From NCBI GenBank assembly GCA_001244265.2, contig CDLV01000021.1:62001-126000 (forward strand): 64,000 nucleotides of DNA. Reading direction: 5' to 3'. The notes under the pieces are model-generated. The model saw nothing but the letters and a program-made list of their open reading frames with translations. It ran no database searches and was not told the origin of the DNA. The position numbers and the translations under genes were made by a program. Within the stretch, counting starts at the first letter, position 1. Each line of letters starts with the position of its first letter. Of this stretch, positions 1-14,358 are shown piece after piece. This DNA is from Microbotryum violaceum (Eukaryota).

Positions 1-856
1 CTACGAAGCCGAACAAGATCGACAGATCGAGATCATTCGACAGAACGTCGTGGAGTTGTTGCCAATCTCGAAGAAGAACCATGCGGAGGATTATGCGCAC
101 TACAGGGCTGAAAGGGCGGCGTGGGAAGAGAAGGAGCGCAAGAGGCTTGAAGGGAGTGGGGGGACACCCGAGCCTATACAGGGGGGATTTCCTTCGATTG
201 CAGGAGTGGCAGCGGCGACGGGTTCCGATGATGAGGACGCGACGGGACCGGGCTTGGCTACGACCGGACGTGAGTCTTGATCTTCCAATGACAATGGAGC
301 GATATCAGTGTAGAGGCTGACCAATCGGATCCTCTTTTCATTCGCCAGCGCGCGAGCCAATCTACAAGTTCCGCTTCAACGAAGCGATGAGGGTCGCCTT
401 GTACAATGCGTGCGAGATCGGGGACCGGATGAGCGAACTGATCGTCGAGAAGCAGTGAGTCGACACCGCCTCGTAGACACGAATGGTCTTGGTCTGAGTT
501 TGCGGTGGATGGTGTCGCCTTCTCACAGAGAATTGGAGAAGGCCGTCGAACAAGGTCAGAAAGTCCACTCGGCCGCGAACGACCGCAAGATCTTGTATGC
601 CAAGGTCAGTCAAACCCCGCTAATTCGCACGTGCAGTCTCGTTCCTTCGCGCTGACCGTCAGACTCGCACTTGCTCTTGATCCAGCTTCTCAAATTCTGG
701 CCTAGTGGGGATATGACCTCCAACCAACTGTCACGAGAGAGTAAGCACACATCCCAAGTTCCCCGATCAAGCACCTCTCACTCACGCCCCGACGTCCCCT
801 CTCCCACCGCAGTGAGCGCAGCGAAGAACAAGCTCATCCGCCAAAGTCAACGATAG
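1..856 (+). CDS. 3' part of a spliced gene, ubinuclein/HPC2-like (HIR complex) protein; 5' end lies outside the window
   Basis: Joining GT-AG exons gives ...REPIYKFRFNEAMRVALYNACEIGDRMSELIVEKQELEKAVEQGQKVHSAANDRKILYAKLLKFWPSGDMTSNQLSREMSAAKNKLIRQSQR*. The RKILYAKL..FWPSG.MTS..LSRE segment resembles the ubinuclein middle domain from memory; no search was run. Confidence 0.5.
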
Positions 857-1493
857 CACCACAACCCCGCGACCGAAACTTCTCTACCGAAGCTTGTCCA
901 CCCAATAACCCCTTTGCATCACCCCTTGTATCCAACTGTCCATGCGATTTTTCCTCTTAACACTTTTGTGATGAAGAAAGTCCAAACTTGTTGCTTAGAT
1001 TGCCCAATCGCGTCATGTTCTATGCAATACGACGCGTGTAGTCTACTATGACATCACCCTCCATATGACATGTTTATAAAATCAATAATCTTTTGCGGAT
1101 CAAGTCGATGAAATACTGCTTGAACAAACGTAGTACTCTACACCACCCCCAAACCGTAGAATCAACGCTCGGAAACCCCATCACGTGACGGTCGTTCTGC
1201 TGATTCTGCTAACTTCGACGGGTCAGGAAACACTTCACCCGCGCCTCGACGTTCTCGAAGAGTTGCCAAATTGGGAATCCTTCTCGCTTCCGCTCCGACT
1301 TAACGGCCCCGGGCAAAACCATGCCGCCCGTCGCGCGACATTGTACGTTTCTCTCACAGCATAGAGTCCATGGCAGGGTCTGTTTGCACGATGAACAACA
1401 ACAAATCTGGTGAAAACGCAGAAGCAAGAGAGGAGAGCGAGATATTGGTGAAGAAAGTAAGCGAAGAAAAGCAAACGTGCGCCCAGCGCATTC

Positions 1494-4400
1494 TCAAAAT
1501 TTCGGAGCCGGCATCCCGGGCACGTTCTGGAAGAAGCTCGACCACGAATCGACATCAAAGATGTTCTCCGGCGGCAGCATCATGTTCCCACCCGCGCCTG
1601 CGAAACCACCGTTCATCATCTCGGGGTGGGTGTTGAAGCCGAAGGGGTCGAAATGGTGGCCCGCGATGCCGCCGAGGAACATGTTCGACGTCGCGGAAGG
1701 GTTCCCTTGAGCTCCTGGGTTGATCGAAGGGTTCGCAGAAGTCGATCCGGCTCCATCTGCGTTATTGCTCGGGTCGTTCGCGTTGGTAGCGGCGGCGGAA
1801 AAGTTGAGCATAGGATTAAAGTTCATCGTCGCGAAATCACCAGGTGTCGGCATCGGGGTCAATGTAGGCTCATCGGCAGGTCGATCATCCTCATCCGTAG
1901 GTGCACCATCTTCACGCATTCGATCTGTCTGGCCAGGGGATTCGACAGCGGTTGATCCCGTGACCGATTGCGCAGGTGTCTCGTCCATCGGTCTCGCGTT
2001 CTCTTCGCCTTCTTGATGCATGCTCCTGACCGAACTCTCATTCCCCAACGGCGGACTATGCCTCAACAACCCATTCGACTCGGCCGGTTCAAGTGGACTG
2101 ATCACACTTCCCCCCGCAACACTCGATCCCGCCTGTGCTCCCGAAGGCCCCACAGCTGAAGCGGGTGAACTCGTCGCGGACGGGGTCCTCCTCTCGCTCC
2201 TAAAGTATGACACCCCATTCGTGCCCTTCTTATCGACGTACTTAAGGTGCCAATCCTGCTCCCTCTGCCTGACCCCCGGCGTAGGGTTCAACGTCGTGAT
2301 CGCAGTCGTGTTGGACCCAAAAGCGGGGGACATCCCTTCGGCCGCTTCGGGGGCCCATTTCTGCACCGACAGAGCGGTCTGGTACAAGAGATGGAGAATT
2401 TCGCTGATCTTGTACCGTAGATGCGTCTCTCCATCGGGGACGACAACGCGCTGTACAAAACACCCTCCGGCAGACGGAGGTCAGCCCTATGCACGACCGG
2501 AGGTCCGTCGTTGGTCTAGGGTGAGGACGCACCTTCATGATATCACGAGCAAGCTTAAGCGTTACCAGCGGCTCGGCATCCCGGCGCCGGATGTGGGAGT
2601 GGTATTGGATTAGTGAAGCGATGAAAAAGGCGTAAATACCGCTGCGAGGGCAAGCGATTCGTGAGCAAACTCATACAGCTGCGGTCATTCACCGAATTGC
2701 ACAAATAGGCACAGAGACTCACACGAACCACCCCTCCAGCACCGCCTCATTCTTATCAACCCACTCGATCGCCTCTCTCGACTCGGTCTCCAGCTGACCC
2801 CATTCGACGACCCCGACACTGAGGTGCGCGAACCGCTTGGGCAACTGAAACGAAATGCTCATGAAAGGCCTCGTGACCAAGAACTTGGCGGGTAAATACA
2901 ACAACCTCAAGAACCCTTGTTCAGCCGTCGACTTGTTGGGTCCGTTGAACCTCAATTCCGAAGGGAGGCCCGAGACCCAGTGCTCGAGATCGTCGAAGAG
3001 GGAGGTCGCATCCGCTGCTGACAAGGTCATGATCCCCGTGGGGGAGTAGATAGCTTTGATGATGCGACCGAGTAGGATCGAGAGCGAGATCAAAGCGCCG
3101 TTGAAGAGGTAAGGCTTTCGTTCAGCGTCGAACTCGGTGCCAGGTCGGATGTCGAACACGGATGGTAGGAGACAGTCGCAATCCGCCAAATCGATCATCA
3201 TAGGGCATCCGTACTGCGTAGGCGTAAGTGTTTCACGTCAGGTGGGTCTCAAAGCATTCGAGGGAGCGAGACGGCTCTGTTCGGATACTTACGATGGCAG
3301 CAATCCACCGATCGGCAATCAGACACCCACCCCAGACCCTCCTCCTCAACTCGCAATGATCTGCCTCGGACTGCAACTTCTTCTCCGTCCCAAACTTGCG
3401 ATGCAGCCCCAAATCCTGCGCCATCCTGATCGCAACACCGAGCAAGTTCCACGTCTTGCTCGCTGGCGTCTTCTTCTCCAGCTCCAGCGAGAAGGTATAG
3501 ACGAGCAGGGCCTGGATATTGGACATGCTCGAGTCGTCGAGAAAGTCTTGCTCGCGCAGGGTCGCGCGAATAGTGCCTTTGATCGTCCTCAGGATCCCCG
3601 GTGCGACGTGGTGACTGAGCCCCGAGATGCCACACAGCGTATTGAACAGCAAGATCGACGTTTTTTTGTTCGCCGCAAAGTCAGCCCTGGTCACGACGGG
3701 GAAGTGCCGACTATGTGTCGTAAAGTAGTGGTTCAAGAGCTGTTCGGCAACGGGTGAGTCCAAGCCCTGGATCGCCTGCGGGTGCGCATCCGGGCCTTCT
3801 GCTTCTCCCGTATAGTCCCCACCTCCATTGATTCGGATGAAGCCATCTCCCGTCTCGTCTACGGTCAGTGATTGCGAGTATTTGGAGTCTACCGAATTAA
3901 GGCGTTCGGCGGGGAAGGTCGAGGTCGAGTGCATGAGGTGTGAGATCGAAGTTGAGCCAACGATGCGCATTTCCCTATTGCGTCGGAACGGATCCGAGTC
4001 TTGGTTGCCTTGGGTCTGCATCTGAGTTGGCAGATGGCCGGCAAGTGGCTTAGTCGACGAGAAGGAAGGCCGATTCGCCGAGGATGGGTGAGCCTCGTAG
4101 TGGTACTGTCCTATCGAACTGGACGTATGAGGAGAAGCCATGGACTGCGAACCGGCCGATGAAGCTCGGTGGTGCGCTTGACTGAGCGCCGCTAGTTGAG
4201 ACGCAGCGACGGCCGACGAAGGGTCGTCGGCTTGTTTAGGTTTGGAACGCTTGTTCCGAGTTTCCGCGATCGGGAGGAACTTGTGATGGGTCGAATCGTG
4301 AAAAGGTTAGTCCTTGATGGCTGCAAGGCGAAAAGGGGGGGAAGGGGAGGGGAACACTTACCCAGGTACACGCCGTGTGGTGAGAGTGACAGTGCACGCA

Positions 4401-5247
4401 TATGGGTGGCTCCGTATCCGGCAAAGCATCGCACCTATGATACAATACGCATACGGGGTGCTGTTAGTCTTGCCGTGCTAGAGCTCTCTCGGACTTTAAG
4501 CCCGACGCAGCGAAAGAGAGGGAGCACTCGCCTGATCTTCTTTCTGCGACAGCTATCGCACGCCCTCGGAGTCTTGGAGCGCTTCTTCCTCGCGGATGCG
4601 CTATCCTCGTCATCCTGTTCGTCCTGACTACCCGCGGCATCAGGTGTCTCCGCAACATCCATGGTCGAGCCGCTGGCGCTGATCCTCCTCTTGCCGGTCG
4701 ATGACGACGATGAGCCGTAAGGGGAATGGTCCTGCGCGGTGGTCAAGGGGGGTGCGCCGCTCGGATGCCTCGACATGGAGTCGTAGTGCGCCAATGACCC
4801 GGGCAACGAGTTGGCCGGAGGGGGAAGAGGGAGCATCGGTATCGAGCTGGACGAGGGCGAGGAGCCAGACGCGGCATTGGCGGCATTGGCGACATTGGCG
4901 GCGTTGGCTCGCATCAACAGCGCCGACGGGGACGGCAACCCGTAATTAGTCGACGAGTTGTTCATCCCGTTCTGGCCGCTGTTGCTACTACTGCTGAGAG
5001 CTGAATTGGGATTCGGATACATTCTCGGCAGATTGGGAGGGGGTAAAGTCGAGTGTATGCCGTAGTCGGCGATAGAACCGCCGCCGAGCGAGGCTGAGGA
5101 GGCTCGTAGTGGAGGCATGCCGTGAGCACTTCCGTTGCCGCTTCCGCTCGCGATGGCGTTGGCAAGCGAATACATGCCACCACCACTGCCGCTGCTGCTG
5201 CTGACGCTGTCACCCCCACCGTACCCGTACGCTGATCGGTTCTGCAT
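1494..5247 (-). CDS. Zn(II)2Cys6 fungal transcription factor with fungal-specific TF middle homology region (multi-exon)
   Basis: RACDSCRRKKIR|CDALPDTEPPICVHCHSHHTACTW zinc cluster is formed across an intron. Later exons contain WNLLGVAIRMAQDLGLHR...ELRRRVWGGCLIADRW (Fungal_trans signature). ATG at 5247, stop at 1494-1496. Confidence 0.9.
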
Positions 5248-5953
5248 GGCTTGAGGCGGGGCGGGGAATTTACCTCGGTAGTCGTGTCCCCCTGGCGCTC
5301 ACTGTGAGCGATCGAACAGTGATGGCCGCCGGTGTAGGAGAGACGAGTCACTCGCCTCCTTTGCACGGCCCACGGAGGCCCACGGCGGCCACGCCGAAAA
5401 AGCGCCGACGGATTAGCCGCGGATCTATTCCTGTCCAGGGCAGATGGTTGGAAACCACCGGCCAGGGTCAATATTTACGAACCGGTACGAGCCACCGACG
5501 AGTACCTTCAATCCTAAATGTAAATGCATGCATGAAGCGGAGCACAAATTCAGAATGATCTCTGAATCGCTTGAAGTGTACACCTATGCGTTTGATATGG
5601 ACAATCCAAGTTTTCGAGCCGGCAGACCAAAACCCAATTCCTCCGCGCTACGGCCTGATCCATTTCCAGGGGCTTCTGTTCGAGCTCGTCACTAGTCATC
5701 GCCGCGATTGCACGCTCTCTCTCTCTCTCTGCAACACGGTCTTGTTCGTTTACGGAGAGGCCTCGGTGCCACGAACAACTGGAGAAGAAACTGATGAGGT
5801 GGAATTGCGTTGTGAAGAACCTGTCCAGCGACACGTCAACCATCTGGAACATCCGTAGCTAGCGGCTTCATGGGATGTACTGCAGGATTTTTCAGGAAAC
5901 AAGTAATACGAACATTTGCGTTCGCATAACACCGGGCAGTAGGTATGTACCGG

Positions 5954-6029
5954 CCACGTCAGATGGATATTCGAGGCGTGAGGGTTCGATTGGAAAGGCG
6001 CAGAACGAGCCACGTCACAGTCCACGTCA
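5954..6029. promoter_or_regulatory. Cluster of three CCACGTCA (TGACGTGG) UPRE-like/bZIP elements upstream of KAR2
   Basis: Exact CCACGTCA at 5954-5961, 6010-6017 and 6022-6029, with a fourth copy at 6463-6470 in intron 1. TGACGTGG is the known XBP1/Hac1-family UPR element, and BiP is a canonical UPR target. Confidence 0.6.
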
Positions 6030-6204
6030 ATCGGCGCAAATAAAGGCGCGTCGTCGCCTGTGGTCGCTGGACACTGTGAGGAGGGCGGGTGGTGTGGCGC
6101 CGGCGCGCGTGTGCTTTCCTTTCTTCCCCTCCTCACCTCTGTCGAGTGGACTCATCCCCCGATCCATAGTACACACCCACTTGCCGCTGCACTTCTCAAC
6201 AAGA

Positions 6205-9150
6205 ATGGCTCCTACACCGAGTCGCAAGACGCTTTTGTCGGCATTGCTGCTCGTAGTGATTGCTCTCGTCAGCTTTTCCCCCGTGGCCCAAGCCGCCAAT
6301 GAAGAGGTGAGTGCTCGTGCCCGGGGCTTCCACCACGTTCTTTCGTGGCCACAGTAGATACCCGTAACGTAACGAGACTGCTAGGTGATCACGTACACCC
6401 TTGTCGACCGTTGCTGACCATGCTCGTCCTCTTCTTCCCTCCGTGCCTGCTGATCCATGGCGCCACGTCAAACTCGCCGCCGTACGCTGACGTTCGCGTG
6501 CGCTTCTCTGACGTGTCAATTGTCCGTCATCTTATGCCTCGCCTCGTCTCGCCATGCCATGCCCTACATCGCCCTCGAACCATGGCATCACGTGCACAAC
6601 CTCCCTTCTACCATGATACTGCATCCCATTCTGCCACCTACAGTACGGCACAGTTAGTAAGTCACGCTCCGGGTGCCCCCTCTGCCGGTCACTTGGTCAC
6701 TTTTCCTTCACGTTCCATCACACCAGCGTGGCGCTTCCGACGCCGGCTCTCCGTGGACCGATAAGCTGATCTTTCCCCTCGCCCCCCTCTTCCTTGCTGC
6801 AGTCGGTATCGATCTGGGAACAACATATTCATGCGTTGGGTAAGCCTCTTGTCCGGTCTTGGAACGCCTTTGTGTGTGTGCACGGTTCGAGCGAGGCCTG
6901 CGGTGGACCCGGGGGCTCGGGCGGGCAGGACAGCACACGTCGACGGTCACCCTGCTCGCACGCGCTGCTCAAAGTTACGAGGCGCAACTGCACGCCAGGA
7001 CCGTACATCGTAATAGTCCACGGGCTGCCAGGGGCTGCCGCTCGGGAGGGCTGTCTACGATTGATGAGTCTCTTCGAGTCCGTCTTTCGCGCCTGGCGGC
7101 CTCGATGACGAACGCGCTCGCTTCCCGTGGGAGATAGCGAGCCACGTAGCCTCACAGAACCCGTTGCCGCGACATCGCTCGCACACACGCTTTCCCCCAT
7201 TGTCCAGGGCAGTTCGCTGATACGTGCTTCATTCCCATAGTGTACAAAAGAACGGCCGGGTCGAAATCTTGACCAACGATCAAGGTAACCGTATCACACC
7301 ATCCTACGTCGCTTTCGCGGCCGGCTCCGGCGAACGACTCGTCGGTGACGCCGCCAAGAACCAGGCCCCTTCGAACCCTACCAACACCATCTTCGACATC
7401 AAGCGTTTGATCGGCCGCCGCTTCTCGGACAAGGCCGTCAAGGAGGATATCAAGCACTACCCCTTCACCGTCAAGCCCGGCAAGCATGATCAGCCCGTCG
7501 TCGAGGTCTCTGTCGGCAATGAACGCAAGACCTTCACGACCGAGGAGATCTCGGCCATGATTTTGGGCAAGATGAAGGAGACCGCCGAGGCCTACTTGGG
7601 CAAGAAGGTCACCCACGCCGTCGTCACCGTCCCGGCCTACTTCAACGACGCTCAACGACAAGCGACCAAGGACGCTGGCACGATCGCCGGTCTGAACGTT
7701 CTCCGAGTTGTCAACGAGCCCACTGCCGCCGCGATCGCCTACGGTCTCGACAAGACCGGTGGCGAGCGCAACATCATCGTCTACGATCTCGGAGGAGGAA
7801 CGTTCGATGTCTCGCTCCTCTCGATCGAAGACGGTGTCTTTGAGGTCTTGGCCACCGCCGGTGACACCCACTTGGGTGGTGAGGACTTCGACAACCGCGT
7901 GATCGACTACATCGCCAAGACGTGGAAGCGCAAGCACGACGGCCAGGATATCACCAAGAACCTGCGCACGATGGGTAAATTGAAGCGCGAAGTCGAGAAG
8001 GCCAAGCGAACGCTCTCGTCGCAAATGTCAACCAAGCTCGAGATCGAGGCCTTTTTTGAAGGCCAGGACCTGTCCGAAACCCTCACCCGCGCCAAGTTCG
8101 AAGAGTTGAACCTCGACCTGTTCCGCAAGACGATGAAGCCCGTCGAGCAAGTGCTCAAGGATGCCGGATTCAAGAAGGAGCAAGTTGACGACATCGTCCT
8201 CGTCGGTGGTTCGACCCGTATCCCCAAGGTCCAAGAGCTGCTCAAGGAGTATTTCAACGGCAAGGAGCCCACCAAGGGTATCAACCCCGATGAGGCCGTC
8301 GCTTACGGTGCCGCCGTCCAAGGTGGTATTCTCTCCGGTGAGGAGGGTCTCGGTGATGTCGTCCTGATTGATGTCTGCCCCCTCACCCTCGGTATCGAGA
8401 CGACCGGCGGTGTCTTCACAAAGCTCGTGAGTCGTTAGACGCCCCGACGGAATGTCTTCCATTGTAGCTTGTTACTCATTGCATCCACTTCCGCTACAGA
8501 TTGACCGCAACACCGTCATCCCCACCAAGAAGTCCCAGATCTTCTCGACCGCTGTCGACAACCAGCCCACCGTTTTGATTCAAGTCTATGAGGGTGAGCG
8601 TGCGATGACACGCGACAACAACCACCTCGGCAAATTCGAATTGACTGGTCTAGCCCCCGCCCCTCGCGGTGGCCCCCAAATCGAGGTCACGTTCGAGATC
8701 GACGCTTCGAGTATTCTCCGCGTCAGCGCCGTTGACAAGGCGACGGGCAAGTCCGAATCGGTGACGATCGAGAACGAGCGAGGCCGTCTCTCGCAAGAGG
8801 AGATTGACCGAATGGTCGCCGAGGCTGAACAGTTCGCCGAGGCGGACGAGCTTGTGAAGAAGAAGATCGAGTCGCGCAACGCGTTGGAGAACTTCATCTA
8901 CTCGGTCAAGGGTCAACTTGCCGACACCAAGGATGGTCTTGGCGCCAAATTGGACAAGTCCGACATCAAGACCTTGCACGCCGAATTGAAGAAGTCGCAG
9001 GATTGGCTCGAGGCGAACGCCGATGCGTCGGTCGAGGACTTGACCGAGCAACTTGAGACGCTCCAAGGCGTCGTCACGCCCATCACGAGCAAGATCTACG
9101 GTGGTGCTGGCGGATCGGACGAGCCCCTCTCGAACCACGACGAGCTTTAG
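6205..9150 (+). CDS. KAR2: ER Hsp70 chaperone BiP
   Basis: Signal peptide [30 protein letters not shown]. Exons 6205-6306, 6644-6656, 6803-6839 and 7241 onward give [17 protein letters not shown]...[10 protein letters not shown]. Contains [10 protein letters not shown] and ends in HDEL. Confidence 0.97.
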
Positions 9151-9360
9151 ACGTTGTCTCCCTTCTAATGACCCGGACCCCAACCCCACAAAAGACTAGT
9201 GTTTCCCTTTCCCTTTCTTTTTTTCTTTTTTTTTTCTTTTTTGGGTATGGCACTTGCATTCCGTTGCATTCCATCGCATTCGGGTGTGAAATAGTACGCT
9301 TTGCCCTCTCGAATGCCCGTGAGAACGACGAGAGACCGAGACCAAGTGCTGGGTGGTAGC

Positions 9361-10873
<1,513 letters not shown>

Positions 10874-11291
10874 CTTGTCTTGCGTGATGGCCTCTTCCTA
10901 TCGCTTGGTAGCACCTGGCCGGAGTGTGCGTGGGAGCGGGAGAAAGTGGAGCGCGAGACGGGCCTCGCAAGGAAGCATTACCGCAGACCTCGGCCGACCA
11001 CGGAGCCTCCTCGGCAGTTTTGCCCCGCTCAGTCCCGCTATTTCATCTGATCTGCCGCGACCTTTTTCTTTCGAGCCAGTTCTGTGGTGTTTCTTTTGGT
11101 TCTTGGGTAAGGTACAGTAGAGTGGAATTCCCCTGTTATTTACTGAAAAGCAGAGCGTTTGCCCCCTTGGGCTGCCAATGCTACATTCGTAAGGGACCCC
11201 TAACGAACTTGATCCCGAGACTCAGCCATTTCAGAGGGTTTATTCATTCCCAAGGAACATGAAAAGTTGCCCAAATCTCATAGTCGCCACG

Positions 11292-12585
11292 TCACGCGTA
11301 AATCCTAGCCAATGTTTTCTCAAAACCTTCTTTCCCTTGCCAAAACTTCTTCTCCAATCTGATCCTCCACTCCTTGACCGCCTTCTTCTCGTCCCAAATT
11401 TCTTCGCACAACTTGGGCACCGCGACGCGCATCATCATGTACCTTCCGTAAGCCGTAAGCGACATAATCGACGAAACCCGGCTGGTCCTTTGATGCGAGG
11501 TATGAGTGTCCCCGCTCGGTCAAGAGCGCTTCGAGCGGGAGGAGCGAAGCTTTGGCGCGGGAAACGAGGCTCTCTTGAGGGGTGGAGGTGAGGAACTTCC
11601 ATCCGTCCTTCATGTCGAGCTTAGCATCGGATTTGAACCAGCCTCGTTCCTATGAGGGCGCACGACGGTCACGTTGACGGGAAGGAAAGGATGAATCGCG
11701 GGCAGCGGTGAGCGGTGAGCGCTTGAAAATTCGGCAATATAAAACTGGTCCAGGTCACTCACCGTATTTGTGCCCTCCGCATCACCAGGATGCAAAGCCG
11801 CTAAAGGCTCGGCCGAGATCTCAAAGAACGTTGACCATTGCGCATCCGACGATCCGAACCCGCTCGAAAAGACGAACGCGTACGCCTTGGCGACGTCCAT
11901 CTCGGGAGAATCCAATTGCACCGGGTTCGGTGACGAGGGCAGGAACAGCGAAGGTGCATCGGGGTAGTTGATGTCGAGCCATCTATTCTCGGAATGGCGC
12001 GATAGTGCGTTTAAGTCTCGTGTACGTTTTGTGTCTCAGATTTCGCTAGATAGTACGTCGGGGTTTCGGCGGTTGCTTACTCGGCGATCTTCCAGCTATC
12101 CGAAATGAGCTCGCCCAAGGGGAGTTCAATAGTCGGCGCTGCACGCACCATTGCAAGGTGACAACACACTACAGTAAGCACATCACATTTCCACGGCCAT
12201 AGTACGCTCTCCGACGAGCTTTCAACCCTGAAACTCACAGATAATCCTGTACTTGCCATGCTTCTTGGCCAGCGCCTTGAGATCGGCCATCGTGACCGGC
12301 TGAGTCACAAAGTCTACGCCCTTGTGTAACAGCGACAAACGCGTCTTCCAAGGGTTGGGTGCCCAGAAGGGACCATATATGACACAAGAGCAGTATGTGG
12401 TGGTTAGAACATTGGATGACTGTGGTTCCCGAGACGATCCGGATGAGTCAACTCCGACGGAAGTGCCGAGCACGTCCCGCTGTCCCAAAGTCCGGACAAC
12501 GTTCTTCGTCTATGGAACCGAGGCAGAAGAAGAGGGCTACCTCACCAGGTTCAAGGTAAATGTCATACAGAATGATCGGCGCCAT
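11292..12585 (-). pseudogene. Etherase-like / fungal-specific glutathione S-transferase, apparently disrupted
   Basis: Motifs MAPIILYDI, FWAPNPWKTRLSLLHKG, APTIE...ISDSWKIAEWLD and PGFVDYVAYG. A 7-bp tandem duplication at 11447-11460 frameshifts the C-terminus, and the expected intron-1 acceptor at 12375-12374 reads TG rather than AG. Confidence 0.7.
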
Positions 12586-13048
12586 GTCTTTCCGTTGAGT
12601 CGCGTCGAAGCGGTGCATCATAGGCCGGGAGAAACTCGAGGCGGCGGCCGTAGAGCGCATGCCCCACGCTAGCCCACGCTCGGCCCCTCTCGGCCCCCAC
12701 TCCCATGAAAGAGAGCACGCAGCAACCCGCGGTCTGACCAAATCCATCCGGCGGTGAGTCAAGAGAAGCGCCCCGTTCCACATACTTTGCCATATTTCAA
12801 ACGGTGATATATTATTTCAGAGAGCAGTTCAAAAGCCAAGTTGTACTGTGCGCCGGTTAAGAAACGTCTTCAGAGCAAGATCAACACTAACTGTTGAAGT
12901 TTGCACGCGCGACTCAACGTTCGGCTCGAGTCAACGTTCTCGAGTCAACGCGCCGGGCCTCCGCGCGAAGTGACCTTCATACTAAGAGGTACTGCCGCAA
13001 GGTTCCTTTCTCCCTTTCTCAGTCCGTCTTCACCGAAGAGCACGCCGA

Positions 13049-14354
13049 TCAGGCGACCGAGACCGGATTCCACGAGCAAGCGCCTCTGGACCCTTGATCG
13101 AGCGAATCCAATTTGACCATGTCTTCCGGGCCTAGCTCAAAGTCGAACACGGCCGCATTCTCCTTGATACGGGAGGGGGTGTCACTCTTGGGAAGGGGGA
13201 CTGCGTCGGTATTCGTGTAGAAGAGGTCAGCGTTCAGGACATGTCTTCAAGTAGCTGCCACAGGGATGGCTCGGGGCCACGCACCGTAGCCTTTTTGCAA
13301 AGACCACCTGATTAATACCTGGGCCGGTGTCTTGTTCGTCTGCGAGTCAACGAAACCAGATATTGAAACCACTGAGTAATCGCACGCCTAGTTTGGATGT
13401 TTCAGGGCCAGACAGTACCCACCCTTTTCGCTACCTCAAGCAATACAGGGTCCTGGAACCGGTCCCCCCTCACAAGCGGGCAATAAGCTTGCACGACGAC
13501 CCTATGCTTCTCACACCATTCGACGATCGGAGCCTGCCTCAACCATGGATGGAGCTCAATCTGGTTCACCTCGGGGATATCGCACCCTGCATCAACGAGT
13601 TGCTGCAAGTGCTTCTCGGAGAAGTTCGACACCCCAATCGACTTGACTTCGCCTTTGGCTCGCTTTTCACAGAGCACTTTCCAGGCCTCGAGTCGCTTGA
13701 TCGGCCCTGCGGTCGGGTCGTGAAGCAGAAAGAGGTCCTGTTTACCTTCCAGAGATAAAAGACGCGTCAGAGTGATTCAGCTAGAAAGGAGTCACTCGAT
13801 TACTTCGGGTCTGGCGCCGAAGGAGCTTCGACGAGTCACGCTCGATTACTAGGTCCCTCGTTTCAAATGGCTTACCCACTTGAGTCCTTCTTGATCGGCT
13901 TTCCAGTTGGAATCGTCGACAGCTTTAGTCATCTTCTCGGTGCCATGTTCATGGCCCGTCGCCTATGAAAGCGTGGTGTACGAATGTGATGACACCATCG
14001 TGTGGGGCGCGCGGATGAGCAAGCGATGAGCGATGTAGATGGGGCAAGCAAGACTCCGTATAATTAGCGTCGTCGCTGAAAATCGGCACGTAGTGAATCG
14101 TATGATGTGCTCACCTTCGTCGTCAGCCAAATGGTCCGACTCTGGGGATGTTCCTTCTTCCACTTGGCCGTCGCCGCGAGTACCTCGGCCTCGTTCCGGT
14201 AGACCCTCGCCGAATCGCAGTGCGTATACCCTACTTCTAGTGCCAAGGTAGTCGATGCAGTAGCGTCTGTACTTTGGTACAGTCCGAAACCCAGGACGGG
14301 CATGCGCGCACCGGAACGCAAGGGGACGGTCGAGTGGAGGTGGAGGGTGGACAT
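13049..14354 (-). CDS. Aldo/keto reductase (AKR family), multi-exon and intact
   Basis: Motifs MPVLGFG, DSARVY, TTK, DLFLLHDP, KSIGVSNF, VNQIELHPW, AQVLIRWSLQKG and VPLPKS. The D/Y/K/H catalytic tetrad is present. Confidence 0.93.
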
Positions 14355-14358
14355 GATG

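Noticed and set aside
7152..9189. Long minus-strand ORFs (290, 144 and 179 aa) opposite KAR2
   Set aside because: Antisense open frames are a well-known by-product of Hsp70 codon bias; there are no independent gene signals.
9208..9242. Poly-T tract after KAR2; similar simple repeats near 5714, 41088 and 45660
   Set aside because: Ordinary low-complexity 3' UTR, promoter or RG-coding sequence.
13789..13850. Short imperfect direct repeat (gagtcac(g)ctcgattact) and small hairpin in an AKR intron
   Set aside because: Too short to support a function; probably local slippage.
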